Part shown: positions 49,622 to 53,817 of the stretch, one piece after another
Position numbering within the stretch: the stretch's first letter is position 1
Layout of the letters: the number at the start of each line of letters is the position of its first letter
Origin: Oscillospiraceae bacterium
GTDB lineage: Bacteria; Bacillota; Clostridia; Saccharofermentanales; Saccharofermentanaceae
DNA: 53,817 bases
Assembly: GCA_902776845.1 (NCBI GenBank)
Contig: CACYRM010000001.1
Location: forward strand, 1-53,817
Reading direction: 5' to 3'
Translations under genes and position numbers: made by a program
The notes under the pieces: model-generated
Database searches by the model: none
Seen by the model: the letters and a program-made list of their open reading frames with translations, nothing else
What the model was told of the DNA's origin: nothing

Positions 49622-50710
49622 TCAGCCCTGTGCCTGAGCCTGAACTGCTGTGATAGCAACTGTTCCGACGATATCGTCAGCGTTGCATCCTCTTGAGAGG
49701 TCATTTACGGGAAGCGCGAGACCCTGGAGGACAGGTCCGTAAGCGGGAGCCTTCGCAAGTCTCTGAACGAGCTTGTAACCGATGTTGCCTGCTTCGAGAG
49801 AAGGGAATACCAATGTGTTGGCGTGACCTGCAACCGGTGATCCGGGTGCCTTAAGCTGGCCAACCTCTTCAACGAGAGCTGCATCGAGCTGGAGCTCACC
49901 GTCGACTACGAGGTCAGGATACTTTTCTTTAGCGATCTTAACAGCATTGGAAACCTTGTCTACGTCAGCGTGCTTAGCTGAACCGTAAGATGAATATGAG
50001 AGCATAGCAACCTTGGCAGGAGCGCCGATGAACTGCTCGAAAGACTCAGCGGAGAGCTTGGCGATCTCTGCGAGCTTAGCGGAATCTACGTCTGTGTTAA
50101 CTGCGCAGTCAGCGAAAATGAAAAGACCGTGCTCACCGAGATCGCAGTTAGGTACGTCAAGAAGGAAGAAGCCTGAAACAGAAGAGATGCCGGGCTTTGT
50201 CTTGAGGAGCTGGAGTGCGGGAAGGATCGTGTTGCCTGTGGAGTGGCATGCGCCGGAAACTGCACCGTCAGCATCACCGCACTTGCACATGAGGCATGCA
50301 TAGTACATGTAGTCGGAATTCATCTTCTCCTCAGCCTTCTCAGGTGTAATGCCCTTCTTCTCGGCATCAGCGATGAGAGCATTTGTCTCTTCCTCTGAAA
50401 GGCCCTTCTTCTCAGCCTTCTTCTTTGCTGCGGCTACCATGGTGTCAACACCGCGGAGCTCAACGAATTTGTCGATATATTTCTGCTTGTTGGGATCATT
50501 GAAAGGATCTACCAATGTAGCGCCTGTAATGTCAAAACCTTCGGAGTTCTTTGCGATCTCGTCGGGTGTGCCGATAATGATAAGATTTGCCATGTCTGCC
50601 TTGAGGATCTTCTCGGCAGCCTCAAAAGTTCTCTTGTCCATTGACTCGGGAAGAACGATAGTCTTCTTGTCAGCTTTTGCCCTGGCCATGATGTCATCAA
50701 TAAATGCCAT
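49622..50710 (-). CDS. pta: Phosphate acetyltransferase
   Basis: IVLPES, SGACHST, FADCAV, DGELQLDAA, GNIGYKLVQR, NDLSRG. Confidence 0.96.
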   Translation of the reverse strand: MAFIDDIMARAKADKKTIVLPESMDKRTFEAAEKILKADMANLIIIGTPDEIAKNSEGFDITGATLVDPFNDPNKQKYIDKFVELRGVDTMVAAAKKKAEKKGLSEEETNALIADAEKKGITPEKAEEKMNSDYMYYACLMCKCGDADGAVSGACHSTGNTILPALQLLKTKPGISSVSGFFLLDVPNCDLGEHGLFIFADCAVNTDVDSAKLAEIAKLSAESFEQFIGAPAKVAMLSYSSYGSAKHADVDKVSNAVKIAKEKYPDLVVDGELQLDAALVEEVGQLKAPGSPVAGHANTLVFPSLEAGNIGYKLVQRLAKAPAYGPVLQGLALPVNDLSRGCNADDIVGTVAITAVQAQAQG

Positions 50711-50794
50711 ATATATTTATCTCCTTTTTTGGAATTTTTTGTCGACAAAAGTATACCCGTAAACCCTTTATATTTCAAACAATAAATAAGGAAT

Positions 50795-52147
50795 TTAAGA
50801 GGTCGCCAAACGGGCACCCAGATTCTCTCTTGCGTAGAAAACATATCTCTCGTTTTCTTCCCTGAAGATCATGTAAAGTGCCGGGCTTGTGGATTTTGTC
50901 GCCACCCTCCTGCCAAGCGTATCAGAGAGCCTGTTATAGAGATCCGTATCACCCATGTAATATGCGATCATCATGCCGTCAGTATAGGAACTTACAGACT
51001 CGCGGCCTGAATAATTGCCGGTCATTATAACGTATTGCGTATAGATCCTTCCGCTGTTCATAGCCTGACCCTTTAATTCGGCATAAGAACTGCTGTCAAG
51101 TTCGCCCGCTTCCGCAAGGTTTCTCATAGTCTTGATATTCTGTTCTATATCAAAAGCACCGGTGTTCCGTCCGCTGTAAATGTAGTCGCCGCAGTCCATG
51201 GCTCCGGATGTCGCATAGGCATAAAAAGAATAACCGCCGCCCGCAAAGCCGTCCTTTACGGCTTTTAATGCCTTCTCGTAAGCGCCCCGGGCAATAAGTC
51301 CGTTATTCTCGAGATCTTTTATTAGTCTCAGTCTTATATTGGAAAGCAGAACTCCTTCTATCTCTTCTTCAATATCCGCATTCTCCACTTCGGCTCCGTC
51401 GGATTCTCCCGTTACTGTTCCGTAAAGCTGCTCCATCGAGCCTTCGTCATCAGCATCAAATATGCTCGTATCTTCAAGGCTCACATAAAGAGATTCAGCA
51501 TATTTAGCCACGGAGATCTTCTCGGTAATGATCCTTCCTTCACCGTCGAAAAGATTTCCCGTGAGCGTTTTTATCTCTTTATAATCTCCGTCGCTGCCAT
51601 AAGTCACGTAATATTCCATCAGCGCATCAAGCCAGTCGATCATGGAGGAAACGGATGTCAGTTCACCAGCGGTTTCGGATGCATCTCTATACACAAAAGC
51701 CCTGTAAGTGCCGTCAGGCAGTCTGAAACGCTTTATAACCTCTTCTTTGAGGGCTACTGCATTATTCCTGTCTCCTGCCCTTACATAACACTTGAGAAGC
51801 AGTGCCTGGTCCGACAATCCGTATATGCCCGAATCCACCGCTTCCTGTGTTACAAGACGGCCCGCTATCGTATAGGAGGTGGCTGCGAGGATCCCGTCGC
51901 CGCCCTTGGCGACGATCAGCTTTTTTGTCCTGCCGAACAGATAATCACTGACGATATTGTTGTCTGCCGCGAGATGGCTCCATTCATAACCGACACGTGC
52001 CGGAGATGTTATCTTAAGCCTGGATCCGCCTCCGAACCTGCCTGTATAGAACAGATAGAAAACGGTAACACCCAAAGCGAGCGCGATAATTATCGCACCC
52101 GTTACTATCTTTCCGATACCGATCTCCCCTGTTATCTTGCGTTGCAT
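50795..52147 (-). CDS. Hypothetical membrane-anchored protein, possibly a degenerate GH8/YdaJ-like (alpha/alpha)6 fold
   Basis: N-terminal TM; LSDQALLLKCYV..GD, SVSSMIDWLDAL and YARENLGARLA loosely resemble YdaJ-like SESxGL, SIDDLRI and FDNL motifs. Confidence 0.4.
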   Translation of the reverse strand: MQRKITGEIGIGKIVTGAIIIALALGVTVFYLFYTGRFGGGSRLKITSPARVGYEWSHLAADNNIVSDYLFGRTKKLIVAKGGDGILAATSYTIAGRLVTQEAVDSGIYGLSDQALLLKCYVRAGDRNNAVALKEEVIKRFRLPDGTYRAFVYRDASETAGELTSVSSMIDWLDALMEYYVTYGSDGDYKEIKTLTGNLFDGEGRIITEKISVAKYAESLYVSLEDTSIFDADDEGSMEQLYGTVTGESDGAEVENADIEEEIEGVLLSNIRLRLIKDLENNGLIARGAYEKALKAVKDGFAGGGYSFYAYATSGAMDCGDYIYSGRNTGAFDIEQNIKTMRNLAEAGELDSSSYAELKGQAMNSGRIYTQYVIMTGNYSGRESVSSYTDGMMIAYYMGDTDLYNRLSDTLGRRVATKSTSPALYMIFREENERYVFYARENLGARLATS

Positions 52148-52215
52148 AAACTCCGCCTTATGAAATATAATCTTTACAGAAAGAGATTATACCAAAAGCA
52201 GAGGTTATTCATAAA

Positions 52216-53502
52216 TTGCGGGTCATAGGAATAATTGCGGAATTTAACCCTTTTCACAACGGTCATGAGTATCTAATCAGAAAAGCGCGTGAAATCGTTA
52301 ATGATCCGAGAGCGATAGTGATGCCTGTAATGTCAGGCTTTTTTACCCAGAGAGGACTTCCGGCTGTCTGTCCGCCTTCCGTACGTGCCAGACAGGCACT
52401 TCTGTGCGGTGCCGATGTCGTAATCGGACTTCCCTTCAGTTTTGCTTGCGCCCCGTCATCCAGATTTGCAGAAGGGGCTGTATCAGAGCTCATATCCACA
52501 GGAGTCGTTACTGACATCGCATTCGGTATAGATACGGATGATCCCGATCTTCTTAAGGCTCTGGCAGATACCGGATTTGAAGACGACGAGTCTTTCAACA
52601 ACAGTCTGAACGGATATCTGTCCACCGGGATCAGTTACCCCAGGGCAAGAGCCGCCGCAATAAAAGATTTTGCTGCATCCAAAGGCATCACCGGCAACGC
52701 GGATCTTCTGCTCTCAAGCCCCAATTCAATATTGGCACTGGATTACCTTCTTGCACTTAAAAAAATAGATAAAAGGAACCGCATCAATATCATAATGATA
52801 AAGCGCGAGGGCGGCGGATATCACTCTCAGGAAATCAACGGGATCTTTTCAAGCGCCACCTCCATCCGTAATGCGGTATTGGAGCAGGCCCCCTCTTTCA
52901 GCCGTTCCGCCATAGCGTCCGCGCTCAACGGTCATATGCCGGATCCCGCTTTAGGCGTAATGCTGTCATCTTTATCATCCGGAGTTTTCAGTTTTCCTGA
53001 CTATAAAGGCTACATAAGGGATTGTATGCTGAAGGCATCATCATCCGCTCTGGATGATATCGCTTATATGAGTGACGACTTATCCGGTTATATCAGAAAT
53101 TTCGCTGACAACATCAGACCGGGAACTATACCTGATGACGATCACTGCCTTAAGGTTTTCGAGAATAATATATCGACAAAAAGATATACGCTGACCAGGA
53201 TTGAGCGTGCGCTCGCAAGTATGATGACAGGTCAGGACAATTCGTATCTTGAGATAAAGAGACCGCCTTATATCCGTGTTCTCGGGTTTAATACCGAAGG
53301 TAAATACTGCCTGAAGATAATTGGAAAATGCGCAAAGATTCCGGTTATCAACAGACCTTCAGACTGTCTTGAACTCCAGTCTGAAAACGCGGAATTGAAA
53401 AAGATCTTCAGTCTCGACATGAGAGCGGCTTCCACCGGCTGGAAGCTTTACGGCAAAGATACCGCCTCGGAATGGGGAGCGGTCCCCGTAATCGTAAAAT
53501 AA
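52216..53502 (+). CDS. tmcAL: tRNA(Met) cytidine acetate ligase (YlbM/TmcAL, HIGH nucleotidyltransferase)
   Basis: GIIAEFNPFHNGH, MSG.FTQRG.PA, PNSILALDY, SATSIR, TKRYT..RI.R, YIRVLGF; TTG start. Confidence 0.85.
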   Translation: MRVIGIIAEFNPFHNGHEYLIRKAREIVNDPRAIVMPVMSGFFTQRGLPAVCPPSVRARQALLCGADVVIGLPFSFACAPSSRFAEGAVSELISTGVVTDIAFGIDTDDPDLLKALADTGFEDDESFNNSLNGYLSTGISYPRARAAAIKDFAASKGITGNADLLLSSPNSILALDYLLALKKIDKRNRINIIMIKREGGGYHSQEINGIFSSATSIRNAVLEQAPSFSRSAIASALNGHMPDPALGVMLSSLSSGVFSFPDYKGYIRDCMLKASSSALDDIAYMSDDLSGYIRNFADNIRPGTIPDDDHCLKVFENNISTKRYTLTRIERALASMMTGQDNSYLEIKRPPYIRVLGFNTEGKYCLKIIGKCAKIPVINRPSDCLELQSENAELKKIFSLDMRAASTGWKLYGKDTASEWGAVPVIVK

Positions 53503-53506
53503 GCGC

Positions 53507-53544
53507 AGAACAAAGCCGTCCACAGGACATTCCTGCAGACGGCT
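53507..53544 (-). terminator. Terminator of rpsT (may also serve the convergent tmcAL)
   Basis: Minus strand AGCCGTCTGCAGGA-ATG-TCCTGTGGACGGCT (two G-U pairs) then TTGTTCT. Confidence 0.7.
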
Positions 53545-53568
53545 CGATTATTTTATTAGTCAGGTCAA

Positions 53569-53817
53569 TTAAGCCTTGGCAGCGTTAGCAGCCTTAGCGA
53601 GTCTGGACTTTGTTCTGGAAGCTGCGTTCTTGCTCATGTGGCCCTTAGCAGCAGCCTGGTCCAATGCCTTCTGTGTTGTCTTGATTGTAGCATCAAGATT
53701 CTCGCCGTTAGCGATATCAGCCTTTGCCTTCTTAACAGTTGTGCGGATAGCACTCTTCTTGCTCTTATTGGCAGCAGCCTTCTTCTCGGAAACGCTTACA
53801 CGCTTGATAGCTGATTT
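53569..53817 (-). CDS. rpsT: 30S ribosomal protein S20 (start lies just outside the window; absent from the ORF track)
   Basis: Manual translation: KSAIKRVSVSEKKAAANKSKKSAIRTTVKK...LDQAAAKGHMSKNAASRTKSRLAKAANAAKA*. Confidence 0.95.
   Translation of the reverse strand, partial: KSAIKRVSVSEKKAAANKSKKSAIRTTVKKAKADIANGENLDATIKTTQKALDQAAAKGHMSKNAASRTKSRLAKAANAAKA

Noticed and set aside
229-52625. Many short antisense or alternative-frame ORFs in the track (e.g. 4054-4866, 24002-24766, 28371-28934, 37761-38420)
   Set aside because: They shadow well-supported genes, show no recognisable motifs, and are expected from codon bias

Overview
A 53.8 kb, gene-dense, mostly minus-strand stretch of chromosome from a Clostridia-type Firmicute (the gene set and style suggest a gut/rumen Oscillospirales-like organism; this is inference). 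It holds about 39 CDS. I found no rRNA, tRNA, CRISPR array, integrase or transposase. Core genes are serA plus a class V aminotransferase, dapL, radA, ispD/ispF, mrp/apbC, carA, thrC, folC, dgt/yfbR-like HD hydrolases, pcrA, ktrAB/trkAH, pta-ackA, tmcAL and a partial rpsT. Best candidate for an undescribed system: a two-gene module directly behind pta-ackA (44256-48354). It pairs a TagF-like CDP-polyol phosphotransferase carrying an N-terminal YIDPGTG membrane segment with a 928-aa fusion of a YidC/Oxa1 insertase domain (conserved groove Arg replaced by Asn) and a Thr-type LtaS/EptA-like phosphotransferase domain. This suggests a dedicated route to make and export a surface polymer or phospho-decoration. 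Other notable items: an in-frame CarB-DapF fusion; a 1121-aa PP2C-pseudophosphatase / acidic disordered linker / TM / LysM-like protein; and several intact ORFs lacking catalytic residues (GH32, acyl-CoA ligase fold, thioredoxin, possible GH8-like). All family calls come from reading motifs by eye; no database searches were run.
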